From a virus: a stretch of DNA of 64,000 bases. The position numbers were made by a program, and so were the translations under genes. The notes under the pieces were generated by a model, which worked only from the letters and a program-made list of their open reading frames with translations, was not told the DNA's origin and made no database searches. The stretch lies in IMG/VR virus record IMGVR_UViG_3300045988_136451; one strand, written 5' to 3'. Positions 46,101-54,677 of the stretch are shown piece after piece (the first letter of the stretch is position 1; every line of letters starts with the position of its first letter).

Positions 46101-46227
46101 AGACGTACAGGAACCCGTCGCCGCGATCATCGTACTCGAACGAGCCGAGGGCCTTGCGCGCGGCGACGCGCCCGGTCGTCCCGAAGCTCGTTCCGATTAT
46201 GGAGCAGTTGGAGAACTTAACGAACAT
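43114..46227 (-). CDS. Head morphogenesis protein (possible prohead protease / minor capsid protein) with LAGLIDADG intein, zinc ribbon and long acidic C-terminus
   Basis: Hint block CFVPGTHITMSNGTVKNIEDVAVGDEVITHLG. LAGLIDADG motifs LLGYYLAEGNF and LVEAYLNGDGHY. C-terminal ...EGYAVHN followed by Cys. CPICGSPDFDGIYCDVC zinc ribbon. Confidence 0.45.
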   Translation of the reverse strand: MFVKFSNCSIIGTSFGTTGRVAARKALGSFEYDDRGDGFLYVSVRACTADVPNLNFDMLPHEELKTAYRTFVGKPVYVNHSNTNLDRARGYIIDAVYHDEDPEDRWIEILMEMDEVTFPRLCALIRSGDIDTVSMGLNCFVPGTHITMSNGTVKNIEDVAVGDEVITHLGNVRRVADTMASLHSGIVYEVRSYGSKRPMVLTDEHPVWVRRMKNDAMRTIRESRIAHDGDNAEHSCICGRSFKSHRSLAAHVREAAKNGVDGHGYQPDFEGWVIASDLEVGDYVLDPKPVRTSRGGNRAFARLLGYYLAEGNFGYDKKLNIGVGAPAFVEWTFCDSETDYHDEVMALCSELGYKAVGPYIKRGAATIRCNSPELANMMLEHGGKYSHGKRISDEAMRWDDECLGDLVEAYLNGDGHYIDDRRVAYSTVSKDLAYQIFSICTQLGIKMSKPIARSSERISDIAKHTRYVSYGDRSEEQKKMMMCYVDEQGTWRRIDRIRVLPYTGMVYNFEVEEDHSYIAEGYAVHNCETTTCSVCGNVAEQPAQFCNHIKQKGREFDGVLAFEICNGIAFFEESWVYDPADPTATVQALEAEAKTAKVAAKEREFGPDNFYIETEADFAEVEDRPQGAPDYTSESGSEYWYFPDGVVRGSDHWGYGVGGCNWYLDGINRQMYGGELYGYARWSDFENTENYDCIFDKKVNDVVESYVGSGADGTLADHMFGTMQWRHTDMNDEVYDEARTLLRVTAAEKSKSDYAYTPTDNPSDWKLDISDKDHAAAAKAALGKGYRGNKVEIPSDDRQAVIDKVNAACRRFGIEPFGEGKEGSADDASGFANDFIEEYDSLGLSFDSYDELAAEVWSAVEEAADADEEFYADALQEIAGHYKLADNMVNKLRIPEEVDMQNSDRVCPICGSPDFDGIYCDVCEYVEYAEGFGDIDTEEAQENKELRKDLDDAEEPDAEVTEDAEEEYAEDTDDARIAARLFDVPDDQGTVLAALADAGYAEGIDYDLASGGKIASYSASLDELMRGGVIGKESRWL
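44650..45813 (-). mobile_element. Intein (about 388 aa) within 43114..46227
   Basis: Boundaries MGLN|C ... AVHN|C, hand-counted. Lower GC than the flanks. Confidence 0.5.
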
Positions 46228-46813
46228 GCTTGCCCTTCTTCCTCGCCTTATACGCCATGTAGCAGTTCACGATCAAAGCGGCCTCCATGAGCGCCACCAG
46301 AGCCATTTTGACGACGAGAAGCGCGTTCGGGCCCGGCAGGCCTATGAACGCGCTGTCGGCCAGCGTCACGACCGCGAGAACGCCCATTATGAGCGCTATG
46401 AGCATCTTGTCGTTCGCATAGTAGCGGATTGCCATGACGGCGAAGCCCGCGAAGACGACGAACGCCGACGGCATGACGACCGAGTGCGGCGCTCGCGTGA
46501 AGAAGCCGCCGATGACCGACGACATGAAGACGAACACGACGAGCAGCAGCATGTCTATCGAACGCCAGCTCTTGTCGGTCGCCCCCGCGAACATGAAGAC
46601 ACCCGCCATGCCGTAGGCTGCGAGCGAGAAGAAGCGGGCGAACATGTCGTGCTCGCCCGCCGATGCGATGATCGAGGCGGAGAGCGCCATCGAGGCGAGC
46701 GCTGCGGCCATGTAGGGCATGCTCTTGTCCCCGCACGTCCTGACGCTCAACGCGGACGCGATGACGAATATCGGAAAAGTCGCTCCGAAGATCGAGAGGA
46801 CAGCGGCGTTCAT
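46217..46813 (-). CDS. Polytopic membrane protein (about 198 aa from MNAAVLSIFG)
   Basis: About 5-6 hydrophobic helices. ATGA overlap with the upstream membrane protein gene. Confidence 0.4.
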   Translation of the reverse strand: MNAAVLSIFGATFPIFVIASALSVRTCGDKSMPYMAAALASMALSASIIASAGEHDMFARFFSLAAYGMAGVFMFAGATDKSWRSIDMLLLVVFVFMSSVIGGFFTRAPHSVVMPSAFVVFAGFAVMAIRYYANDKMLIALIMGVLAVVTLADSAFIGLPGPNALLVVKMALVALMEAALIVNCYMAYKARKKGKHVR

Positions 46814-47178
46814 CGCTTTTCGCCTCCCTTCGAGGAGCTTGCTTCGTCCTTCGAGCCTCCGAACTTCGATTCGAGCGAGTTTATGATCTGCTCCAATATC
46901 ATGGGGGCTATGATGGCCGAAGAGAAGGCCGTCCAGATCGACTGATCGACTATCACGCCGACCGCGCCGCCCATTATCAGCGACGCTACGAAGCCGAGAT
47001 GGACGTACACGCCTCCGTCGTCCTTGCGCTCGATGCGCAGCGGAAGCTCCAAGCAGCCGTCGTTCACGCAGATGTCGCGGACGAACGCACCGCAAGCACC
47101 GGCGAGGAACAGGAACAAAGCCTGCTCGAAGCTGGTTATCTCGCTCATGTGCACGAGCGATGCGAAAAGTTCGTCCAC
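46810..47178 (-). CDS. Small membrane protein, 122 aa, two predicted TM helices, charged C-terminus
   Basis: Hydrophobic segments ALFLFLAGACGAFV and LGFVASLIMGGAVGVIV. Confidence 0.4.
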   Translation of the reverse strand: MDELFASLVHMSEITSFEQALFLFLAGACGAFVRDICVNDGCLELPLRIERKDDGGVYVHLGFVASLIMGGAVGVIVDQSIWTAFSSAIIAPMILEQIINSLESKFGGSKDEASSSKGGEKR

Positions 47179-47193
47179 GCTACGCTCCCTTCT

Positions 47194-48180
47194 TTAGTAA
47201 AGGGAGGCATCTTCTCCCTTGTAGCGGTCTCTGTTGCGAGCCAACTGGCCGGTGCTCTCCTCTTGGAGTTCCTTCTGCTCCTGCTGGCTGAATATCCTTG
47301 TGGCGCTTTTATTGTATCCGCTGTTGCTTTTCGCCGCCACTGGCAACGCGACGCGCCGAGCGCCCGCAGACACGCACATGACACCGCCGTACTCGTGGAC
47401 GCGCATCGCCTCGCGGATGCCGCGCTGCATCGTCTCGGGGGCCGATTCGTCGAGGAACGCGACGGCCTCGCGCCTCTCGCCCTCGTTGGTCGAGTACAGG
47501 CGCGCGACCATGGCGTTGAACACCTCGTCCTCGAAGCAGTCGGGGCACAGTTCGTGCAGCCCATCGCGCTCGCCGTATTTCCCGCAGTGCGAGCAGAAGC
47601 CCGTCTCGTTGTAAACCATGCTTGCCGTCCTATCTCCGAAGAACTCTTTCCTCGCCCTCGCGTTGCTCACCATGAGCGTCGCGAGCGCGTGGCTGCACAT
47701 CCTGCCGCCCCAGCCGCTCCTGCTGCTGTGGCCCGGAGCGCCGTCGTAGTAGCTGCCCCACTTGCAATCGCACAGGTAGCCCTGAACCCATCCGCCGTAG
47801 TTAGGCGACTTGTTCCATCCCTTGCGCGCGAGTATCACGCCGTAGGGGCCTCCGCGATAGACGGGGAAGCGCCCCGCCACCTGCGCGCTCGTGACGACGG
47901 CATCGACCTCCTCGCTGTCGTCGCGGGTGATGACAACGCCGCCCGTGGCGGCTATGGCCTCGGCCTTCGCCTTCACGTCCGCCCATGCCGCGCGCTTCTC
48001 CAACATCGACGTTTTCCGCATGTCGTCTGCCACCGCGAGCGGGCAGTGCAGCAGGCGCTCGTCGGAGCGTTCGTAGGAGCATGCGCCAAGCTCGACGCTC
48101 GCCGTCCTCTCCGACACGTCAACCCTCTGCACGCACCGCCCGCAGTCCCAGAACATGCAGTCGCATCCGCTACTCATCGC
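47194..48180 (-). CDS. SWIM zinc-finger protein (about 328 aa)
   Basis: CDCKWGSYYDGAPGHSSRSGWGGRMCSHALATL fits the SWIM CxCx(n)CxH motif. Confidence 0.45.
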   Translation of the reverse strand, partial: AMSSGCDCMFWDCGRCVQRVDVSERTASVELGACSYERSDERLLHCPLAVADDMRKTSMLEKRAAWADVKAKAEAIAATGGVVITRDDSEEVDAVVTSAQVAGRFPVYRGGPYGVILARKGWNKSPNYGGWVQGYLCDCKWGSYYDGAPGHSSRSGWGGRMCSHALATLMVSNARARKEFFGDRTASMVYNETGFCSHCGKYGERDGLHELCPDCFEDEVFNAMVARLYSTNEGERREAVAFLDESAPETMQRGIREAMRVHEYGGVMCVSAGARRVALPVAAKSNSGYNKSATRIFSQQEQKELQEESTGQLARNRDRYKGEDASLY

Positions 48181-51100
48181 CGCCGTCCTCCGCGACCAAC
48201 GGCACGCCCTGCTCCACCAGAGATGCCGTTCGCTTGCTGCGGACGCTTGCGCGGTGGTTGGCGACCACGGAGCGCTTCGTGCTCCCAACGTCCTTCATGG
48301 CGCTTCTGGCGGCCTCGTGCGGGATGTCTCCGCCCTTCGCCGCGAACGTGCCCGGAGCGTCCATGTCCTCGCGCCTCTCGTCCGACACGTCGGGTCTTGC
48401 GCCGTCTCCGGGGGCGTACTCCTCCTCGTCCACCACGTCGGTCACCGCTTCGAGCTGCGATACCGCCTCCTCTTCGGGCGACTTCCCGAACGGGCCGTCC
48501 TTGCCGTCGTCCTCCTTCGGGGCTATCTTCTTCAGAAGCTCCTGCTCTTCCAACGGCGCTATGCCGTCCTTCATGAACTTCACCGTGTCGGGAGGAACGG
48601 GAACGCCCTTCTCGACGCACGCGCGGAAGATCGCGGCGTGCTCCTCCGCGCGCTGCACGGCATCGTGTATGGCATCCTGCGATGCCTGCTCCGCCGTCGC
48701 ACGGTAGTCGATGTCGGTTCCCATGAAGAACGCCTGACGGGCGATTGGCACGCCCTGCTTCTGCAACTGCATGAGGAAGTCGCGCGTCTTCTCCGTCGTG
48801 TTGAAGTTGATCGTCTCCATGCGCAGCTCCGGATAGAGCAGCTTGGGAACCTCCTTGATGACGTAGCCGCCCTCTCCGTCGTTGACCGATTCGTCCCACA
48901 CCTCGCGCCACTCGGTCTTGTCGATCTTGACCCCGCCTATGATGTCGTAGTCGTAGATGCCGTTCGCCTCGGCGACGAACGCCGCGCGGCGGTTGTACAG
49001 CTCGCACAGGCACTTCTGGTAGCTGCGGAGCATCTGGCTCGCCAGCTCGAACTCCATGGCCGACGTTGCGTACGGGCCGCTCGCAGGCTTCAAGATCGAC
49101 GATGAGAGGCCCCACGCCATGAACAGGCGGTCGTCGTACATGTCGATGTCGTTCTTGAAGTTCGCCATCTTGTCGCCGCGTATGACCTCCTGCACGTTCA
49201 CAAACTGGTTTGTGACCAAGGCTCGGAAGTCGGACGAAAGCGCCTCGTCGAGACGCGTTCGGAAGGTAGCTATGGCGTTCGGAGACGGGATGTAGGGGCT
49301 TCCGTCGGCAAGGTTGCCTCCGAGCGAGAACAAGAGGAGCGGCGCGTACATGCGGTCTGCCGTCGCGAGCATGGCCGACTGAAGGCGCTCCTCCAACCGC
49401 AGGGTGTTCCAAGCGCGCAGGGCGACCGGCGTTCCGTGAAGGTCTCGCACGCTGTCCTTGTTCGCGAGGTGGACGCATCGGTCTGGCGATATGAGGATGT
49501 CCTTTCCGGTCTTCACCAGCTCGGCGAACTCCGGGTTCTCCTCCTCGAAGATGCGCCCTGCAACGTCCATGCTGTTGACGATGCGCTTCATGTCCTCGTC
49601 GGGAACGAACTTCAAGATGTTCTCCGATGAGAACGGCACCCTTATTATCTCCATCTGGCGCGGGTCTAAAAGCTCCTCGCCCGTCCATATGCCCAAGCTG
49701 TCGTCCCACACGCCGTTGGCGAACACCTCTCCGTACTGCCAGTACTCGCGGCCAACGTCGATCAGGAAGTTCTCGTAGTCCAAGTCCTCGAAGAAAATCT
49801 GCTCGAAGAAGTCTTTCACGTCCTTGTTCTTGCATTCGAGGTGCGCGCCTGCGGTGGGGTACCTCGCGTACACCTCCAAGCAGTTGTGAGACGCGAAGCC
49901 GTCGGCTAGATAGCTATGGTCTTCATCGACCTCCAAGTTGTACACGGCCCCCTCGAACCTCTCGACGGACACCGACTTCACCGCGAAGTGCATGTAGTCG
50001 CCGCTTAGGAAGCCGAGGGAGACGCGCGAGTACGGGCGCTTCTCGCGCTCGTGCCGTATACCATTGTCGTCGCGAAAAGAGCATGCCGATGCCCCGCTGT
50101 ACCTCACAGCGCCGAGCGACGTTTGCACGATGGACGCTTTCTCATTGTCCGCGACGAACCTCTCGAACATGCAGTTCCGAGGCCATTTCACGCACACCTC
50201 GTAACCGCACCTGATCGAAATAGCGGCAAGGCCGTTCACAAGATCGCGGGAGACGCTGTTCATCACGATCTCGTTCTTCCCGTTGCAGCCGTCTCCACGG
50301 AAGAACCCGACAAGCAGCTGACGCTGCTTCTCGATTGGAAGCTCCTGAACCCATAGCGGTATGCGCTTCGAGTGAGCGCCGCACAAAAACTCATCGCGCA
50401 GCCATTGGGCGAGCGGCGCGGAGTTCACATCGACGACCCACATGTTCCTGCGCCCGTCTCTGCGAGCCTTCGCCTCGATGCCGAGGCATTCGCGGCATAT
50501 CCTCTTAACGTCATCAACGTACTCGACCTCATGCGCGCCGAAGCAGATGCTCGTCCTGTTGCCCGATGCCGCTCCGTCAGAGAGATGGTATCCCACGAAC
50601 CTGAAGAAGTCTGCATTCGCCTTGATCTCCAACCGCATCGAACGCTTCGACTTCGTTGGGGGGACGACCTTGCCCGTCTTCGTCTTGTACGAACCCTGAA
50701 CCCATTCGACATCGCGCTTCGCGACGATACGCTCGACATCCTCGACGCTTTTGCCGACCGGCATCACAAGATAGTCTCCGATGCGAACCTCGCTCGCCGA
50801 AACCCACTTGTACTCGCCCTCCGGCAGCGCTCCGTCAAGGTACGTCGTGCCGCCCGTGCGTCTGAACACGTACAGGTTGTGGTCTTCGGTGCAGCGCAGC
50901 TCCGAATCGCTCTGATGCACCTTGAACGAATACATGTCCCCGTCATACCCGAACGCCATTGTTTCGAGAACCTTGCGGTAGCGCCCAGCATGCGTCTTTA
51001 CCTCGTCTCCGACCGCCACGTCCTCGATGGGCACGAGAGACCCTTCGACATCGACGAGCGTCCCGGCGGGGTGGCACGCGCGCATGACGGGGTTGGTCTT

Positions 51101-51391
51101 CATGATGACCTCAACGCCGTCGAGGAGGTTCTTCCTCGCCTCCTCGTTGTGGTCGATGTCCATGTAGTTGTTGTAGCCGTAGCCTCTAAGGCCGATGCGC
51201 TTCTGGCGCGCCGGGTCGAATATGCGCGGTATGGCGAACTCCGCCCCCGGCTCCCCGAACGCCGCCGTGTGCTCGAACTTCGAGCTTGCCGGTGCCGCCT
51301 GCTCAACGAGCACGCGAAGATGGGACGCGTCGTGCGCCTGCACCTGACGGGTGGGGAGGTTGACTATCGCCTTCTTGCCTTTAGATTCCAT
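48170..51391 (-). CDS. Portal protein interrupted by a LAGLIDADG intein
   Basis: Extein has portal-like features (size, acidic C-terminus, position after terminase). Intein CHPAGTLVDVEGSLVPIEDVAVGDEV... ; FVGYHLSDGAAS and LLVGFFRGDGCNG; ...DGFASHN followed by Cys. Confidence 0.55.
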   Translation of the reverse strand: MESKGKKAIVNLPTRQVQAHDASHLRVLVEQAAPASSKFEHTAAFGEPGAEFAIPRIFDPARQKRIGLRGYGYNNYMDIDHNEEARKNLLDGVEVIMKTNPVMRACHPAGTLVDVEGSLVPIEDVAVGDEVKTHAGRYRKVLETMAFGYDGDMYSFKVHQSDSELRCTEDHNLYVFRRTGGTTYLDGALPEGEYKWVSASEVRIGDYLVMPVGKSVEDVERIVAKRDVEWVQGSYKTKTGKVVPPTKSKRSMRLEIKANADFFRFVGYHLSDGAASGNRTSICFGAHEVEYVDDVKRICRECLGIEAKARRDGRRNMWVVDVNSAPLAQWLRDEFLCGAHSKRIPLWVQELPIEKQRQLLVGFFRGDGCNGKNEIVMNSVSRDLVNGLAAISIRCGYEVCVKWPRNCMFERFVADNEKASIVQTSLGAVRYSGASACSFRDDNGIRHEREKRPYSRVSLGFLSGDYMHFAVKSVSVERFEGAVYNLEVDEDHSYLADGFASHNCLEVYARYPTAGAHLECKNKDVKDFFEQIFFEDLDYENFLIDVGREYWQYGEVFANGVWDDSLGIWTGEELLDPRQMEIIRVPFSSENILKFVPDEDMKRIVNSMDVAGRIFEEENPEFAELVKTGKDILISPDRCVHLANKDSVRDLHGTPVALRAWNTLRLEERLQSAMLATADRMYAPLLLFSLGGNLADGSPYIPSPNAIATFRTRLDEALSSDFRALVTNQFVNVQEVIRGDKMANFKNDIDMYDDRLFMAWGLSSSILKPASGPYATSAMEFELASQMLRSYQKCLCELYNRRAAFVAEANGIYDYDIIGGVKIDKTEWREVWDESVNDGEGGYVIKEVPKLLYPELRMETINFNTTEKTRDFLMQLQKQGVPIARQAFFMGTDIDYRATAEQASQDAIHDAVQRAEEHAAIFRACVEKGVPVPPDTVKFMKDGIAPLEEQELLKKIAPKEDDGKDGPFGKSPEEEAVSQLEAVTDVVDEEEYAPGDGARPDVSDERREDMDAPGTFAAKGGDIPHEAARSAMKDVGSTKRSVVANHRASVRSKRTASLVEQGVPLVAEDGGDE
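49883..51076 (-). mobile_element. Intein (about 398 aa) within the portal gene
   Basis: Boundaries MRA|C ... SHN|C, hand-counted. Confidence 0.55.
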
Positions 51392-53741
51392 GGACTTCGC
51401 ATCCTATCTCCTTGTAGCTGCTGCCGTCGCTTAGTATGTACGGCTTCACGCTGTACTCGACCTCGCTGTTCATCAGCGTGGCGCTCGACTGCTCCAACCG
51501 CAGCGCGTTCTTTCCGCTAATTATACAGTCTTCAACGGTGAACCCGTCGCAATCGTAGAGGTACACGCCGGTGTCCACCGCCCGGTAAGAGTAGTAGACG
51601 GTGTTGGAAAGCTCGGAGACGGTGCCCTGCTTGTCTATCGCCCCTATGCGGAACGCGTTGTCCTTCGAGGAAAGGGCGGTCTCCATGAACACGACGGTGC
51701 CGTAGCTCGCCTTGCCCTTGCGCCAATCCGTCGCCGCCAGACCGTTCACGTAGATTCGGTACTTGTAGTACGTTCCGTCGTCCGTCCACGGCGCGCCCTC
51801 GCTCGCCGGGTTGAAGGCGAGTATCGCCTTCGAGCTGTCGGTTGACGAGCGCGTGACCGTGAGCAGCACCGGCGGCTTCACGTGCGGCGGGTTGTACTGG
51901 TACTCCACGCGCCCCGGCACGCTGGCCCAGTCGTTGTACGCCGTGACCGTGAAGGTCGTCAGCTCGACCTCGAACCAATCGACGGCCAGCGTGTAGTCGG
52001 TCTGCCCGCTCACGTATTGGACGGTGAACGAGCGCGAGTTCACGTTGTTGGTTATCACGAACCGCGTGGGGGCAACGTCGATGATCGCGGAGAACGACAG
52101 CACCAGCTTCGTTATCTCCCGATCTTCGTAGTTGTTGTCCTGACGCGCGCGCACCCAGTTGAAGCCCATGGGAGGGCTTTTCAGCGTGAGGGTGGCGCTG
52201 TAGGGCGAGTATCGACCGGACACGGAGCTGTAGACGCGCGCCCTCACGTAATAGGTGAGGTACTGCGTCGTGAGCGAGCCGTTGAACGATGTCCACGTGC
52301 TGTTGTTCGTCGAGTATTCGAGCTGCACGACCGAGCTGTAGGTGTTTCCAGCGTCGTTCTTCGACGATGCGGACAGCGACGTGCCGGAGCGCGAGCCTGT
52401 CGGGGTCGCCGGGGCGTAGAGGGTGCCGTACCCCGTGACGCTGCCGGAGTTCGCCGTGCCGCCCGTGCCGTACGCCTGCACGTACACGCTGCCGGTCTTG
52501 CCCTTGATCGAGGAGGGCCAGCTGATCGAATAAGATGCGCCGGAAACCGCGCCCGAAGCGCTCGCCACCGTCTTGACCAGCGAGCCGCCAGCGTAGATTC
52601 TGAACCCCGTTCGCGGCTTCGACGCGGTTGGCGCGTTCGCCGAGAACGTGACGGTCGCCGTCGTGTCGGTGACCGACGAGAGCGAAAGGCCGTAGGGAGC
52701 GTCGGGCGCTACCGCGCCGTTCGCCAGCGAGACCGTCGATATGCTTCCCGCGAAGCCGTCGAGGTGCGCGTACGTCGCGTAGCTCGCTTTGTCGGAGCGC
52801 TTCCAAGCGGCGTAGCTCGACACCTGCACGAGGCTGAACTTCTTCGTCTCGTAGCCGCCCGTGGTGCTCCAAATGCTCGCGTTGCTGTAGGTCGCAACGC
52901 CGGGTTCCAGCTTCGCAAGCAGCTTCGCGCTGCCAGCGTTCAGCTTGCCGTTCGAGGAGACGGACACCGTTCCCTCGTAGATGTAGGTGTAGTAATCGGT
53001 GAGCGACTGGGTGTTCTTCCACGTGAACGTAGCCCCGAACGTGGTGTTCGCCTTGACCGAGAAGCCGGTGGGGGCGCTCGGCCTCGTCAGGAGCGCAACG
53101 GTCTGCGACAGCTTCCAAGAGCCTGTCTTGCCGTACGTCGCTATCCTTCGAGAGCTGACGTTGCCGTTCGCGCTCACGCTGTTCGTCCACGGGTTGGCGC
53201 TGATCTGCGAGCCAGACCATCCCGGAGATGCCGCGTCGCTGCCGAACACGGCAACGTCAACGTTCGTCTGCGTGGCGGGTGCCTGCGCGGTCGAATGCGT
53301 GTCGTACGCAAGGCTCTCGCTCGTGCCGTTCGACGACGTGTACGACGTGATCGTCGGGGTCGCCTGCGTCGCCCAAGTAGCGTCGAAGTAAGTCCTGAAG
53401 TCGGGAATATCGACGGAGCCTGTCACGTTCGACGAGCCGGAAACGCCGCCGTCGCAGAACGTCGTGTAGTAGTCGGCATCGTAGCCGGGGTACAGCGTCA
53501 CGCTCCACGTCTGGCTCCCGCTGCCAGCCTCGGTGTTGCTCCACGAGAACCGATGGGAGTTCCCGCCGATGGTGACGTTCACGTACCTCTCGTCGGAGTA
53601 GAGCCACGCGTTGTAGGTCTCGTAGTAGGCCGTGACCCTGAACGTGACTGCGGTGCCGGAGCGGGACGTGACCGACGTATCGACGTAGAAGCGAACGCCC
53701 CATCCTCCCTTGTTGTACGCAGACCAGCCGGAGTTAGCCAT
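51381..53741 (-). CDS. Ser/Thr-rich protein with FN3-like repeats, 786 aa (candidate head fibre or adhesin)
   Basis: Repeated APTGFSVKANTTFGATFTWKN / PDAPYGLSLSSVTDTTATVTFSANAPT blocks typical of fibronectin type III domains. Confidence 0.4.
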   Translation of the reverse strand: MANSGWSAYNKGGWGVRFYVDTSVTSRSGTAVTFRVTAYYETYNAWLYSDERYVNVTIGGNSHRFSWSNTEAGSGSQTWSVTLYPGYDADYYTTFCDGGVSGSSNVTGSVDIPDFRTYFDATWATQATPTITSYTSSNGTSESLAYDTHSTAQAPATQTNVDVAVFGSDAASPGWSGSQISANPWTNSVSANGNVSSRRIATYGKTGSWKLSQTVALLTRPSAPTGFSVKANTTFGATFTWKNTQSLTDYYTYIYEGTVSVSSNGKLNAGSAKLLAKLEPGVATYSNASIWSTTGGYETKKFSLVQVSSYAAWKRSDKASYATYAHLDGFAGSISTVSLANGAVAPDAPYGLSLSSVTDTTATVTFSANAPTASKPRTGFRIYAGGSLVKTVASASGAVSGASYSISWPSSIKGKTGSVYVQAYGTGGTANSGSVTGYGTLYAPATPTGSRSGTSLSASSKNDAGNTYSSVVQLEYSTNNSTWTSFNGSLTTQYLTYYVRARVYSSVSGRYSPYSATLTLKSPPMGFNWVRARQDNNYEDREITKLVLSFSAIIDVAPTRFVITNNVNSRSFTVQYVSGQTDYTLAVDWFEVELTTFTVTAYNDWASVPGRVEYQYNPPHVKPPVLLTVTRSSTDSSKAILAFNPASEGAPWTDDGTYYKYRIYVNGLAATDWRKGKASYGTVVFMETALSSKDNAFRIGAIDKQGTVSELSNTVYYSYRAVDTGVYLYDCDGFTVEDCIISGKNALRLEQSSATLMNSEVEYSVKPYILSDGSSYKEIGCEVHGI

Positions 53742-54201
53742 GGTTTCCCCTCAACGTCATGCGGTATATGCCGGAGCGCGAGCCGCTTACCGACAGTATG
53801 GCGGAATCTTCCCCGGCCTTCTGCTTCAGAACGGTGTGCTCCTTGCTCTGACCTTCGAGCGACACGTTCCCGCTCACGACGATGCGCGTCACGACGTACA
53901 CGCCGATGGAGAACTCGACTATCCCGCCGCCGAATCCCTCAACGTAGTCGATGGCCGACTGTATCGCCAGCGTGTCGTCGGCTATGCCGTCGCCCTTCGC
54001 GCCGAAGTCGGCGACGGACGCGTGGCGAAGCCCCGATTCGTACGCCGAAACGCTTATGGGGAGGGCGGACAGGTCGTTGCCCATCGCTATCGACAGGTAG
54101 TCGTCGTACGGCATCGACACCGAGGCGTTCGGGGCTATCGACTTGTCCCCGACCTGAATGCGGTAGTTCGCCAAGTTGCGTATTTCCATGAAACGAAGCA
54201 C
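53734..54201 (-). CDS. Pectate-lyase-fold (Pectate_lyase_3-like) N-terminal module, 155 aa; may be fused to 51381..53741 if a frameshift is present
   Basis: SVADFGAKGDGIADDTLAIQSAIDYVEGFGGGIVEFSIGVYVV is the classic N-terminal motif of right-handed beta-helix depolymerases. Its stop overlaps the next ATG by 8 nt. Confidence 0.4.
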   Translation of the reverse strand: MLRFMEIRNLANYRIQVGDKSIAPNASVSMPYDDYLSIAMGNDLSALPISVSAYESGLRHASVADFGAKGDGIADDTLAIQSAIDYVEGFGGGIVEFSIGVYVVTRIVVSGNVSLEGQSKEHTVLKQKAGEDSAILSVSGSRSGIYRMTLRGNHG

Positions 54202-54211
54202 TGGCCGCCCT

Positions 54212-54240
54212 TTGCCCTTCTCTCGCTTTTACCCGATAAT
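54212..54240 (+). promoter_or_regulatory. Sigma70-like promoter TTGCCC-17-GATAAT driving the plus-strand DUF192 gene
   Basis: -35 at 54212..54217, 17-nt spacer, -10 at 54235..54240, about 45 nt upstream of the RBS. Confidence 0.45.
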
Positions 54241-54286
54241 TGTACTCAAAACAAGGTCGCTCGGATAGCGGCCCGGAAGGAGCGCC

Positions 54287-54634
54287 ATGAAGTACAGGGT
54301 TGACGATATATTCGCAACGCCGAGCGAGCAGGCGCGCGGCCTCATGTTCAGGGAGGACTATCCGGAGGACGCTTGCGCCGCGTTCCTCTACCACGACGAG
54401 CCGCGCGTGCTGTCGTTCCACGGGCGCAACTGCCTGTTCCCGATCATCGCGGCGTTCTTCAGGAAGGACTTGACGCTCGACTGCTGGCACGTCCTCGAAC
54501 CCGACGGGGAACCGGCCTCGTCGGTCGGCGAATGCTCCCTCGTCGTCGAGGTCAAGGCGACCGAGCGCAACATCGCGGTCGTCTCGCAGTGCGTGAGGGC
54601 CGCAATCGACAAGAACTGCATATCCCTCCTGTAA
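54287..54634 (+). CDS. DUF192-family protein, 115 aa; the only convincing plus-strand gene (moron)
   Basis: RBS ggaaggag. QARGLMFRE...LFPIIAAFF...LDCWHV matches the DUF192 (COG1430) signature. Confidence 0.5.
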   Translation: MKYRVDDIFATPSEQARGLMFREDYPEDACAAFLYHDEPRVLSFHGRNCLFPIIAAFFRKDLTLDCWHVLEPDGEPASSVGECSLVVEVKATERNIAVVSQCVRAAIDKNCISLL

Positions 54635-54642
54635 AACGAAAG

Positions 54643-54662
54643 AGGCCCCTCACGGGGCCTCT
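54643..54662. terminator. Bidirectional rho-independent terminator hairpin
   Basis: gaggcccctcacggggcctc. T-rich run follows on the minus strand (terminates 54678..55055). Also closes the plus-strand DUF192 gene. Confidence 0.5.
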
Positions 54663-54677
54663 CGCTGCCTCTTACGG

